Shown here in pieces: positions 36,716-45,520 of a stretch of 64,000 nt of DNA. The position numbers and the translations under genes were made by a program. Positions within the stretch are counted from its first letter, which is position 1, and the number at the start of each line of letters is the position of its first letter. Where the stretch lies: contig DATGHU010000031.1 in the NCBI GenBank assembly GCA_035307765.1, forward strand, positions 1,345 through 65,344. The letters are read 5' to 3'. The notes beneath the pieces are model-generated. The model was given only the letters and a program-made list of their open reading frames with translations, had not been told where the DNA came from and searched no databases. Source of the stretch: a bacterium (GTDB lineage: Bacteria; Sysuimicrobiota; Sysuimicrobiia; Sysuimicrobiales; Segetimicrobiaceae).

Positions 36716-37309
36716 CTACCCGCCGCGGCCGCCCAGCGATCCTTCCAGGCGGGACTTGGCGCGCGGCCACTCCTCGCGCAGGATGCTGAAGTACACCGAG
36801 TCCCGCAGGTGCCCATCGGGCATGATCCGATGGTGCCGCAGGACGCCCTCGCGCACGCCGCCGATTCGTTCGATCGCCTGTTGGGAGCGGACGTTGCGGA
36901 GATCGGTCTTCAGTTGGACCCGGATCGCCTCGAGGGTTTCGAAGCAGTGCTGGAGCAGCAGGTATTTGCACTCGGTGTTGATGGACGTGCGCCACACGTC
37001 CGGCGATAACCACGTCCATCCGATTTCGATCCCTCGGTGCGCCGGCGTGATCTCCAAGAAGCGGGTGCTGCCGACGACCCGGGCCGCCGGCCGATCGACG
37101 ATCACGAAGGGCAGTTCGCTCCCACCCTCACGGGCGTGCAGCGCCTCGCGCACCAGCCGGCGCATGTCGTCGATCGTCCGGATCCGCATCGGCATGTAAG
37201 TCCAGATCTCATCGCTCCGCCCGGCGTCGAAGAGCGGCTCCGCGTGCGCAGGCTCCATGGGGATGAGCGTGACCCGGGTTCCGGTCAGGGTGACGGGGTG
37301 GACGTCCAA
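36716..37309 (-). CDS. GNAT family N-acetyltransferase (RimJ/RimL-like)
   Basis: Acetyl-CoA binding motif region (VVGSTRFLEITPAHRGIEIGWTWLSPDVWR). Start uncertain (TTG 37309 or Met at ~37255); the track's N-terminal extension is rejected. Confidence 0.65.
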   Translation of the reverse strand: MDVHPVTLTGTRVTLIPMEPAHAEPLFDAGRSDEIWTYMPMRIRTIDDMRRLVREALHAREGGSELPFVIVDRPAARVVGSTRFLEITPAHRGIEIGWTWLSPDVWRTSINTECKYLLLQHCFETLEAIRVQLKTDLRNVRSQQAIERIGGVREGVLRHHRIMPDGHLRDSVYFSILREEWPRAKSRLEGSLGGRGG

Positions 37310-37409
37310 GACGGTTTCCCTCGCTTCGGGGTTCGCCGATGCCGGTGATACTCTTCTGCGTCCGTCTCCTTCCGCCCCCTCCTCGGGAGATCGGCCGCGC
37401 CGCGGCGCA

Positions 37410-37439
37410 TTGACACGCCGATGTCCCGCGTGCCAATAT
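37410..37439 (+). promoter_or_regulatory. sigma-A-type promoter of dinB (-35 TTGACA, 18-nt spacer, -10 CAATAT)
   Basis: TTGACAcgccgatgtcccgcgtgcCAATAT read directly, about 55 nt upstream of the dinB ATG. Confidence 0.55.
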
Positions 37440-37451
37440 GGGACCGGCAAT

Positions 37452-37465
37452 CGAACAGAGGTTCG
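37452..37465 (+). promoter_or_regulatory. LexA operator (Cheo/SOS box CGAAC-N4-GTTCG)
   Basis: CGAACAGAGGTTCG is a perfect inverted repeat immediately downstream of the -10 element and 28 nt upstream of the dinB start. Confidence 0.7.
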
Positions 37466-37492
37466 GTATCAAGAGAATCCAGAGGGCTCCTG

Positions 37493-38701
37493 ATGCCTTC
37501 GCCTGAACGCCTCATCGTTCACGTGGACATGGACGCGTTCTATGCCTCGATCGAGGTGCGGGACAACCCGCACTATCGGGGCCTCCCCGTGGTGGTGGGC
37601 GGGGCCCCGGGCGGGCGCGGGGTCGTTGCCGCCGCCTCCTACGAAGCCCGCCGGTACGGGATTAAATCGGCCATGCCGTCGCGCGAGGCGTTTGCGCGCT
37701 GCCCGCAGGCCCTGTTCCTTTCCATGGATATGGCCAAGTACCGAGCGGTTTCCGACCAGCTCTTCGAAATTCTCGACACCTTCACCCCCCGGGTCGAACG
37801 GATGTCGATCGATGAGGCGTTCCTTGATCTGACAGGATGTCCGGCGCTGCGTGAGGGCGAGGCGGACCCCCGCGGCGCGCCCCTGGCGACCGCGCGGACG
37901 ATCAAAGCCCGGATCGGCGAGGCGCTGCGCCTCCCCGTCTCCGTCGGCGCGGCGCCCAATAAATTTCTGGCCAAGCTAGCCGCCGAACTCGCCAAGCCCG
38001 ACGGCGCTCGGGCGATTCGGGCGGAGGAGGCGGAGGGGGTGCTCGCGCCGTTGCCGGTCACCGTGCTGTTGGGCGTTGGCGCGCAGACCCGTCAGCGGCT
38101 GGGGGCCATCGGGATTCACACCGTCGGCGACCTCCAACGAACCCCCACCTCGGTTCTGCGCGCGTCCATCGGGGTGTCGGCCGAATACCTGGCTCAGCTG
38201 AGCCGCGGGGTCGATGACCGCCGGGTCGAGGTCTCGCGGGAGACCAAGTCCGTGGGGCGGGAGACCACCTTCGAGGAGGACACCGCCAGCCGAGAGGTGC
38301 TCGATCGCACCCTCGGGATGCTCGCGGAGGACGTGGGGCGGGCCCTCCGCGGCGAGGGGCTCGGGGGGCGAACCGTCACGCTGAAGGTGCGCTACGACAA
38401 CTTCCGCACGCTGACGCGGAACCTGACGCTGCCGGCGCAGACCCAGTCCGGCGCGGTGGTGTATCGCGCCGCCGTGGGCCTGCTCGACCGCCTGGGGCCG
38501 CTTCCCCGGGCGGTGCGGCTCATCGGGGTCACCGTGTCCTCGTTGGCCCGGGCCGACCTCGCGCAGGTATCGCTGTTCGGCGAGGACGACCACCAGGCGC
38601 AGATCGACGAGGTCGTGGACGCGATCAACGAGCGGTTCGGCGAGGGAACCGTGCGTCAGGCGAGGGCGTTCGACGCCGAGGACGAGGGGCCCGCGGGGTA
38701 G
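37493..38701 (+). CDS. dinB: DNA polymerase IV (Y-family translesion polymerase)
   Basis: LIVHVDMDAFYASIEVRDNPHYRGLPVVVGG...SIDEAFLDLTG is the canonical DinB/UmuC palm motif. About 402 aa. Confidence 0.85.
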   Translation: MPSPERLIVHVDMDAFYASIEVRDNPHYRGLPVVVGGAPGGRGVVAAASYEARRYGIKSAMPSREAFARCPQALFLSMDMAKYRAVSDQLFEILDTFTPRVERMSIDEAFLDLTGCPALREGEADPRGAPLATARTIKARIGEALRLPVSVGAAPNKFLAKLAAELAKPDGARAIRAEEAEGVLAPLPVTVLLGVGAQTRQRLGAIGIHTVGDLQRTPTSVLRASIGVSAEYLAQLSRGVDDRRVEVSRETKSVGRETTFEEDTASREVLDRTLGMLAEDVGRALRGEGLGGRTVTLKVRYDNFRTLTRNLTLPAQTQSGAVVYRAAVGLLDRLGPLPRAVRLIGVTVSSLARADLAQVSLFGEDDHQAQIDEVVDAINERFGEGTVRQARAFDAEDEGPAG

Positions 38702-38724
38702 CGCCGGCGGCCGACGAGACGGTA

Positions 38725-38741
38725 GGGAGGGGTGACCTCCC
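38725..38741. terminator. GC hairpin between convergent dinB and hpt (GGGAGG-GGTGA-CCTCCC)
   Basis: Perfect 6-bp stem read directly. No U-tract on either strand, so intrinsic termination is uncertain. Confidence 0.3.
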
Positions 38742-38744
38742 CCG

Positions 38745-39302
38745 CTAGTCGCTCGCCTGGAGGGCCGATTCCTTCAAGACGCCGATGAACGGGAGATGAC
38801 GGTATCGCTCCCGGTAGTCCAGGCCGTACCCCACGAGGAAGCGATCCGGGACCTCGAAACCGCGATACGCGATCGGCAGCTCCTCGAGGATACGCCGGCG
38901 CGGCCGGTCCAGCAGCGTGCAGATCTGCAGACTCGCCGGCGACCGTGCCTGCAGGAGGCGCAGCAGGTAGCCGGCGGTGAGGCCCGTGTCGATGATGTCC
39001 TCGACGAGCACGACGTGGCGGCCGGTGATCTCAACGTCGAGGTCCTTGATCAGCCGCACGACCCCGCTCTGGGCCGGCGCGCTCCCGTAGCTTGTGACCG
39101 CCATGAAGTCCACCTCGATCGGGATCTCGATGGCGCGGCTGAGGTCCGTGAGGAAGTAGACCGCGCCTTTCAGAACCGAGATCAGGAGGGGAGGGTGGGG
39201 GGCGTAGTCCCGGGAGATATCGCGAGCGAGTTCAACGACCCGGGCGGCGATCTGCTCCCTGGTGAAGAGGGTCTCTTCGATGTCCTGTGCGGTACCCGTC
39301 AC
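38745..39302 (-). CDS. hpt: hypoxanthine phosphoribosyltransferase
   Basis: PRPP-binding motif VVLVEDIIDTGLT. Hpt-typical length (185 aa) and flanking conserved regions. Confidence 0.9.
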   Translation of the reverse strand: MTGTAQDIEETLFTREQIAARVVELARDISRDYAPHPPLLISVLKGAVYFLTDLSRAIEIPIEVDFMAVTSYGSAPAQSGVVRLIKDLDVEITGRHVVLVEDIIDTGLTAGYLLRLLQARSPASLQICTLLDRPRRRILEELPIAYRGFEVPDRFLVGYGLDYRERYRHLPFIGVLKESALQASD

Positions 39303-39841
39303 CCCGCGGCGGCCGTGGAGCGGAGTCCGTACTTGAGCAGGAGCTGCCGGTAGTCCTTATTGTAGAAGATCTTCAGGTGAACATGGGGGTACAACTCGCG
39401 CAGCCGACGGATCTTGCGGTTCTTTTTGGTCACCAGGCTCTGCTTGAGCGTGGTCAGCTCAATGTAGAGGTCGTGGTCGGGAAGGTAGAAGTCCGGGTTG
39501 AAGCTCTCGATCACGCGGCCGCGGGCGTCCCAGGCGAGGGGGAAGCTTTGGGGTTCGTATCGCCAACGGATCCCGTAAAAATCGAGGATCTTCGCGAACT
39601 CCGCTTCGCTCGCGTGAGCGAAGCGCACGCCGTCAGCCGCGCTGCTCTTGGAGGACTTCACCGATACAGCCAGTTCCTCTCGCCTCGCCGCACTGAACCC
39701 ACCGTCCGCGCCTAGTATAGCCGCGGACGCAGAAATAATCAAGAAACGGGACGGGATCCCCCTCGCTTCATCGCGGAAACGCAGGTGGGACGGGGCATCG
39801 CCGCGTGTGAGGGACGCGGTCGCCCGTCCCAAGGAAAGCAT
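39299..39841 (-). CDS. conserved hypothetical protein (possible restriction-endonuclease-like fold: PDFYLPDHDLYIELTTLK)
   Basis: ORF stop overlaps hpt start (4-nt overlap). C-terminal 110 aa are well conserved-looking. N-terminal 60 aa are low-complexity, so the start is uncertain. Confidence 0.45.
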   Translation of the reverse strand: MLSLGRATASLTRGDAPSHLRFRDEARGIPSRFLIISASAAILGADGGFSAARREELAVSVKSSKSSAADGVRFAHASEAEFAKILDFYGIRWRYEPQSFPLAWDARGRVIESFNPDFYLPDHDLYIELTTLKQSLVTKKNRKIRRLRELYPHVHLKIFYNKDYRQLLLKYGLRSTAAAG

Positions 39842-39885
39842 CGCCAGGGCGCCGAACGCATGCTACTATTACGGGAGGAGCTCGT

Positions 39886-41064
39886 GTGATGACAACCCCG
39901 AATGCGGGATCCCAGGTGGATCCGCAGGCCTCAGATCAGGAGCTTGAGCGTCTCCTCCAACAGCTCAAGAGCGCCGATGTCACGCTGCGCAGCGACGCGG
40001 CCCACGCGCTCGGGAAACTGGCGGATGAGCGTTCGGCGACTGCTCTCGCCGAGGCGCTACGCGATTCGGACGAGTACGTCCGGAAAAGCGCGGTGATGGC
40101 GTTGCGCCGGATTGGCGGCCCGAAGGCGATGGAGGCCATGCGCATCGCGCTCGCCGATCGATCCGAGCAGGTGTGCCTGCAGGCGGTCAAGGGGCTGGGG
40201 GAGCTTCGGGACGCCGGCGCCGTCGAGTTGCTGATCAAGGTGCTCGCCAGACGGGAGCGCTCGCTGGTCGCCGCGTCCACCGAGGCGCTGTCGCGCATCG
40301 GCCCCGAAGCGGTGCCGCACCTGATGGAGGCCTTCAAAGACCGCTACCTCCGCCGGCGGATCGGTCCGCAGATTTGGCGCATTTTGGCGGAGATGGGACC
40401 GCGAGTGATCGACCCCCTGATCGACGCGCTCGCCGACGACAACTACTACGTCCGGCTGACGGCGCTGACCATCTTGGGGAGGATCGGCGACAAGCGGGTC
40501 GCCGAGCCGATTCTTCGGGTGTTCCTGAGTGACCCCCGGCTGCAGGAGACCGTCGTGGGGACGATCGGCCGGCTGGAGGATCGCGGAGCCCTGGTGCTGC
40601 CCCCCGGCGACCGCGAGGTGGTGCTGCCCGTCGAGGTGGTCCAAGCCTTCGCCCAGGAAGATCGGGAGTCGGTCATCGCCGTGTTGACCACCGCGATGGA
40701 GAACCCCAGCGTGAAGGTTCGTCGGTTCTCGCTGCGGGTCTTGTATGGTCTCCTCGAGGACGCTACCTTTGAGCACCTTCTGCGGTACCTGGCGGACGAC
40801 GATCCCGACGTCAAGCGGCTGGTCATTCGCCTCCTGAGCAAACTGCGAGACAAGCGCGTGATCGACCCATTGATCGACCTCCTCCTGAAGGACGGCGCGC
40901 AGGTCGAGGAGGCGATTTGGGAGGCGCTGAAGGTGCTGACCAACCTGCACGAATACGAAGAACTGCGAAAGCGCGTGGCCCACGAGAAGGCCGGTACGCG
41001 TCCTGTGGTCAAGACCTATAAGAAGAAGGACGTGTCCCCGGACTGGTGGCGCGATCAAGACTGA
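39886..41064 (+). CDS. HEAT-repeat (PBS-lyase type) domain protein
   Basis: Repeated about 30-aa helical units (RSDAAHALGKL, RKSAVMALRRIG, CLQAVKGLGEL, RLTALTILGRIGD, RRFSLRVLYGL, KRLVIRLLSKL). Confidence 0.65.
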   Translation: MMTTPNAGSQVDPQASDQELERLLQQLKSADVTLRSDAAHALGKLADERSATALAEALRDSDEYVRKSAVMALRRIGGPKAMEAMRIALADRSEQVCLQAVKGLGELRDAGAVELLIKVLARRERSLVAASTEALSRIGPEAVPHLMEAFKDRYLRRRIGPQIWRILAEMGPRVIDPLIDALADDNYYVRLTALTILGRIGDKRVAEPILRVFLSDPRLQETVVGTIGRLEDRGALVLPPGDREVVLPVEVVQAFAQEDRESVIAVLTTAMENPSVKVRRFSLRVLYGLLEDATFEHLLRYLADDDPDVKRLVIRLLSKLRDKRVIDPLIDLLLKDGAQVEEAIWEALKVLTNLHEYEELRKRVAHEKAGTRPVVKTYKKKDVSPDWWRDQD

Positions 41065-41125
41065 GATCGCCCCGGGCGGACGGACCGCGGCGTTGCCGCC
41101 CGGCCCTCCGTCCTCCACGGTCCGC

Positions 41126-41698
41126 ATGAGCGCAACGCCCCCCCGCAGCGAGTACGTTGTCGCGGGCGCCACGATTCGGATCCTCGCCGGCGATATCACC
41201 ACGCTCGCCTGCGACGCGATCGTGAACGCGGCGAACGACCGGCTGTGGATGGGCGGCGGTGTCGCCGGCGCAATCAAGCGGCGCGGGGGTGTGGAGATCG
41301 AGCAGGAGGCGGTCCGCCAGGGGCCCGTGTCCATCGGCGAGGCCGTGGCCTCCGGGGCGGGGCGGCTGCCGGCGCGTTACGTGATCCACGCGGTGACGAT
41401 GGGCCAGGATCTCGTCACGAGCGGGCGGGGGATTCGTGCCGCAACCCGGAGCGCCCTTCGGTTGGCCGAACAGCTGAGTCTGCAGTCCGTGGCCCTGCCC
41501 GCGCTCGGCACCGGCGTGGGAGGGTTTCCGTTCGACCGGGCGGCGGCGGCGATGCTGGACGAGATCGTCGCGCATCTCTCGGCAGGCAGCCGGCTGCTGG
41601 AGGTGGTGCTCGTTCTGTACGATCCCCACGCGCATACCGCATTTGTCCAGACCTTGGATCGGCTGGCCCGCGGCGGCGGGACGACGCGGCCCGCCTGA
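41126..41698 (+). CDS. macro domain protein (O-acetyl-ADP-ribose deacetylase-like)
   Basis: Macro-domain signature (ILAGDITTLACDAIVNAANDRLWMGGGVAGAI ... IHAVTMG). Stop overlaps surE start. Confidence 0.75.
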   Translation: MSATPPRSEYVVAGATIRILAGDITTLACDAIVNAANDRLWMGGGVAGAIKRRGGVEIEQEAVRQGPVSIGEAVASGAGRLPARYVIHAVTMGQDLVTSGRGIRAATRSALRLAEQLSLQSVALPALGTGVGGFPFDRAAAAMLDEIVAHLSAGSRLLEVVLVLYDPHAHTAFVQTLDRLARGGGTTRPA

Positions 41699-42468
41699 TG
41701 CGCGTGCTTCTGACCAACGACGACGGCCTCCACTCGCCGGGACTGCTCGCGCTCGCCCGGGCGATGCCCGCGGCGGCGGACACCTTCGTGGTCGCCCCCG
41801 AGCACGAACGCAGCGCGGCGAGCCACGCGATCACCCTCCACAAGCCCCTGCGCGCCGTGCGGACCGTGTTCGGCGAGACCGGGCTGGCGGCGTGGGCGAC
41901 GAATGGGACCCCGGCGGACTGCGTCGTGTTGGCGGTGCTCGACCTGCTCGGCGCCCCCCCCGATGTCGTTGTCTCGGGGATCAATGCGGGCGCCAACCTG
42001 GGCATGGATCTCATCTACTCCGGGACGGTCTCGGGGGCCGTGGAGGCGACGCTGTTCGGGATCGCCGCCATCGCCGTCTCCGTCGCCTCGTTTAAGGAGA
42101 TCCACTGGGAGCCGGCGGCGGCGTACGCCGCGCACCTGGCCCAAGAGGTCGCGCGGAGGGGGCTGCCCCGGGACACCTTTTTGAACGTCAACGTCCCCAA
42201 CCTCCCCGCCGATCAGATCCGAGGCGTCGAGATCACCCGGCAGAGTTCGCGGCGATACGTGAGTCGGCTGGAGAAGCGAGCGGATCCACGCGGCCGCGAC
42301 TACTACTGGCTGACCGGAACCGCGGAGGCGGGGACCAACGAGCCCGGGACCGACGCCTGGGCGGTGGCGGAAGGGCGGATTTCGGTGACCCCGCTGCGGT
42401 TGGACATGACCCACGAGGAAATGCGCCCGATGTTCCGGCCGTGGAATCTCAAGGGGCCATTTCCGTGA
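41698..42468 (+). CDS. surE: 5'/3'-nucleotidase SurE
   Basis: MRVLLTNDDGLHSPGLLALARA ... SGINAGANLG are canonical SurE motifs. Confidence 0.85.
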   Translation: MRVLLTNDDGLHSPGLLALARAMPAAADTFVVAPEHERSAASHAITLHKPLRAVRTVFGETGLAAWATNGTPADCVVLAVLDLLGAPPDVVVSGINAGANLGMDLIYSGTVSGAVEATLFGIAAIAVSVASFKEIHWEPAAAYAAHLAQEVARRGLPRDTFLNVNVPNLPADQIRGVEITRQSSRRYVSRLEKRADPRGRDYYWLTGTAEAGTNEPGTDAWAVAEGRISVTPLRLDMTHEEMRPMFRPWNLKGPFP

Positions 42469-42524
42469 TCCGCGGGCACCGCGACGGTTCCGCGAACGGC
42501 GTCGCCGCCCCGCCGCCGGTGCCG

Positions 42525-43211
42525 ATGGTGGAATTTGTCGCGGTCAGCAAGGTGTACCCGACCGGGGTGAGGGCCCTCCACGACATCACGCTCAGCATCG
42601 GGGTCGAAGAGTTCGTGTTCATCGTCGGCCCGACCGGGACGGGGAAATCGACCCTCATGAAGATGATCTATCGGGAGGAACTGCCGTCGACCGGTCGGGT
42701 TGTCGTGGCCGGCCGCGACGTGACGCGAATGCCGGCCCGGCAGGTGCCGTTCCTCCGCCGCAGGGTCGGGGTCGTGTTCCAGGATTTCAAGCTCCTGCCT
42801 CGGAAGACCGCCTGGGAGAACGTGGCATTTGCGCTGGAGGTGACGGGAACCCCGTCCGCCGAGGTCGACGACCTGGTCGCCGAGGTGTTGGGGGTGGTGG
42901 GCCTCGCCGCGCGGGCGGGCGCGGTCCCCGGCGAGTTGTCGGCCGGCGAGCAGCAGCGGGTGAGCATCGCCCGCGCGCTCGTCCACCGGCCGCCGCTCCT
43001 GCTCGCCGACGAACCCACCGGCAACCTCGACCCGGACACTTCGTGGGAGATCGTCCAGCTCCTGTCCCGGATCCACCTGCGGGGAACCACGGTGATCGTC
43101 ACCACCCATGACAAGACGATCGTCGACATCCTTCGGAAACGGGTGATCGCGCTCGACGGGGGCACGGTGGTGCGGGATCAGGCGCGGGGCCTGTATGCGG
43201 GCGACCGCTAA
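42525..43211 (+). CDS. ftsE: cell division ATP-binding protein FtsE
   Basis: MVEFVAVSKVYPTG..GPTGTGKST..LSAGEQQRVSIARAL..LLLADEPTGNLD. 229 aa. Confidence 0.85.
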   Translation: MVEFVAVSKVYPTGVRALHDITLSIGVEEFVFIVGPTGTGKSTLMKMIYREELPSTGRVVVAGRDVTRMPARQVPFLRRRVGVVFQDFKLLPRKTAWENVAFALEVTGTPSAEVDDLVAEVLGVVGLAARAGAVPGELSAGEQQRVSIARALVHRPPLLLADEPTGNLDPDTSWEIVQLLSRIHLRGTTVIVTTHDKTIVDILRKRVIALDGGTVVRDQARGLYAGDR

Positions 43212-44145
43212 GCCCGGGGGCCCCCCGTCGCCGCCCGTTCGCCCGAGCCCCCGCGCGACGCGTCCCGCGCGGGGCGCTTCCTATTTCCTGCGGGAGGGGA
43301 TGCAGGGATTTCGCCGGAACGGGCTGATGAGCCTTGCCGCGGCGATCATCACGATGGTCACCCTGGTGGCCCTGGGGATGGCGCTGGTGATCGCGAGTAC
43401 GCTCGACCACATCGCCCGCAGCGTGGAGCGCCGGGTGGAGGTCGTGGTCTACCTGCACGACGGCCTGCATGCCCGCGCCGTGGACGACCTCCGCGCCAGA
43501 CTCCTCGAGCTCCCCGGGGTGACGGGGGCGACGTACGTGTCCAAGTCGGAAGCGCTGGCGGAGTTCCAGCAGGCGTTCAAGGGGGCGGTGGACCTTCAGG
43601 GACTGCTCTCGCACAATCCGCTCCCCGCGTCCTTCGTGGCGGCGGTTGACCAGCCCGCCCGGCTCCAGGCGGTCGCTCGGGCCGCCTCCGCCTTCCCGCA
43701 GGTTGAGCGGGCCAGTTACGGCACCGAGGCGGTGGACCGGCTGCTGGGGGTGACCAGGGTGGTCCGGGTGGGGGGAGCGATCGTGGCCGGGCTGCTGGCG
43801 CTCGTGGCGATGATCATCATTGTGAGCACGGTTCGGTTGACGGTGTTCGCGCGGCGGACGGAGATCGAGGTGATGCGGCTCGTCGGTGCGACCGCCTGGT
43901 TCATTCGCTGGCCGCTGGTGGTCGAGGGAGCGTTGACGGGTGCGGTGGGAGCGTTCGCGGCGGTGCTGTTGGTCGCGGGCATGTACGCCTGGCTGGTGGT
44001 GGGCGCGGGGGCGTCGCTGCCGTTTCTCCCGCTCCCGTCGGCCGTGCAGGTTGCCCTTACCCTCACCTGGAAACTCTTGCTCTGGGGCGTGTTCATCGGG
44101 ACGGGCGGCAGCCTGCTCGCCGTTCGGCGGTACCTCTCCTTGTAG
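43195..44145 (+). CDS. ftsX: cell division permease-like protein FtsX
   Basis: FtsX topology. Overlaps ftsE end. Confidence 0.8.
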   Translation: MRATAKPGGPPSPPVRPSPRATRPARGASYFLREGMQGFRRNGLMSLAAAIITMVTLVALGMALVIASTLDHIARSVERRVEVVVYLHDGLHARAVDDLRARLLELPGVTGATYVSKSEALAEFQQAFKGAVDLQGLLSHNPLPASFVAAVDQPARLQAVARAASAFPQVERASYGTEAVDRLLGVTRVVRVGGAIVAGLLALVAMIIIVSTVRLTVFARRTEIEVMRLVGATAWFIRWPLVVEGALTGAVGAFAAVLLVAGMYAWLVVGAGASLPFLPLPSAVQVALTLTWKLLLWGVFIGTGGSLLAVRRYLSL

Positions 44146-44268
44146 ATCAGCGGGGGATGTCTCCGCGCCGGACCGAGCAGGTCCTCCGACGCGCCGGGGG
44201 CGGGATGCCCCTACGGCGGCACCGCGACGCGCGCGCGTCGCATGCGAAACGCTCCACGGGAGGTTGCA

Positions 44269-45504
44269 TTGAGAACGCGGGTCGTCGCGGCGATCGTCGG
44301 CACCGTGCTCCTCGTGGCCGTCGCTTTCGGCACCGGCTACCGGGCCGGGGGGCGTCAATACCTCGGCACGGCCGGCCAGTTCGGCGTGCTCCGGGAGATC
44401 GATCGCCTCGTACAGACCCGGTACATCGACCGGCGCGTGACCGAGTCCCAGCTGGCCGATGGCGCCGCCCGTGGGTTGCTCGGAGCGGTGGGGGACCCCT
44501 ACACGCGGTTTATGGACCCCGCGGCGTTCAAGGAGTTCCAGACGTCGAGCTTCGACGGACGATTTTCCGGAATCGGGATCATCATGGACCTCAAGGACGG
44601 GCAGGTCATCGTGGTGTCCCCAATCCCGGGCACCCCGGCGGCCCGTGCTGGCCTCCTGGCCGGGGACCGGATCGTCAAGATCGATGGGCACGCCACCCGC
44701 GACATGGCGCTGCAGCGGGCGGTTGGCCTGATCCGCGGGCCCAGCGGCACCGTCGTGCATCTGTCGGTGGCCCGCGGCAAGGGGACCCGGGACGTGGCCA
44801 TCACCCGCGGCGTCATCCAGGCACCGAGCGTCACCGGCGATGAAGTGCTGGATGCCCCCACCCGGACCCGACTGCGGGCCTTGGGCGTCGCCTACTTCCG
44901 GGTGGTGACCTTCACGGAGACGACGGGCGATGAGTTCGTCCACGCGGTCAACACCGCGCTGGCGCGGTCCCCACGCGGCGTGCTGCTCGATCTCCGGAGC
45001 AACGGCGGCGGCCTCGTCGATTCGGCGATCCGCGTCGCGGACGAGTTCGTCAGCCACGGACCGATCGTCTCGACCGTGGACCGCGACGGCCGGCGCACCG
45101 ACGAGAACGCCAACGGGACCGCTCGCCTCCACCTGCCCGCGGTCGTCCTCGTCAACGAGTTCACGGCGAGCGCCTCGGAGATCGTGGCCGGAGCGCTGCA
45201 GGATGATCACCTGGCGATGCTCGTGGGGACCCAGACGTTCGGGAAGGGGATCGTGCAGACCGTGTTTCCGCTGTCCGACGGCTCCGGCGTCGCGATCACG
45301 ACCTACAAGTACCTCACCCCTTCCGGCCGTTCCATCCACCACATCGGGCTGACTCCCGATGTCAAGGTGGGGAGCCGGCTCGAGGGGAAGACCCCGGACG
45401 AGATCCGACGCATCGAAGCCCAGCAACTGACGAAGGCGATTGAAGTGCTCCGCAGCCGTATGACTGGGACCCCGATTCCGCCCGGTCCCGGATCTCACTC
45501 GTAG
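44269..45504 (+). CDS. S41 family C-terminal processing peptidase (Ctp)
   Basis: PDZ domain ([40 protein letters not shown]). S41 catalytic region ([10 protein letters not shown]...FTASASE...TFGKG). TTG start with GGGAGG SD; ATG 44242 is an alternative. Confidence 0.8.
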   Translation: MRTRVVAAIVGTVLLVAVAFGTGYRAGGRQYLGTAGQFGVLREIDRLVQTRYIDRRVTESQLADGAARGLLGAVGDPYTRFMDPAAFKEFQTSSFDGRFSGIGIIMDLKDGQVIVVSPIPGTPAARAGLLAGDRIVKIDGHATRDMALQRAVGLIRGPSGTVVHLSVARGKGTRDVAITRGVIQAPSVTGDEVLDAPTRTRLRALGVAYFRVVTFTETTGDEFVHAVNTALARSPRGVLLDLRSNGGGLVDSAIRVADEFVSHGPIVSTVDRDGRRTDENANGTARLHLPAVVLVNEFTASASEIVAGALQDDHLAMLVGTQTFGKGIVQTVFPLSDGSGVAITTYKYLTPSGRSIHHIGLTPDVKVGSRLEGKTPDEIRRIEAQQLTKAIEVLRSRMTGTPIPPGPGSHS

Positions 45505-45520
45505 ACGGAGGCGAATCCCG

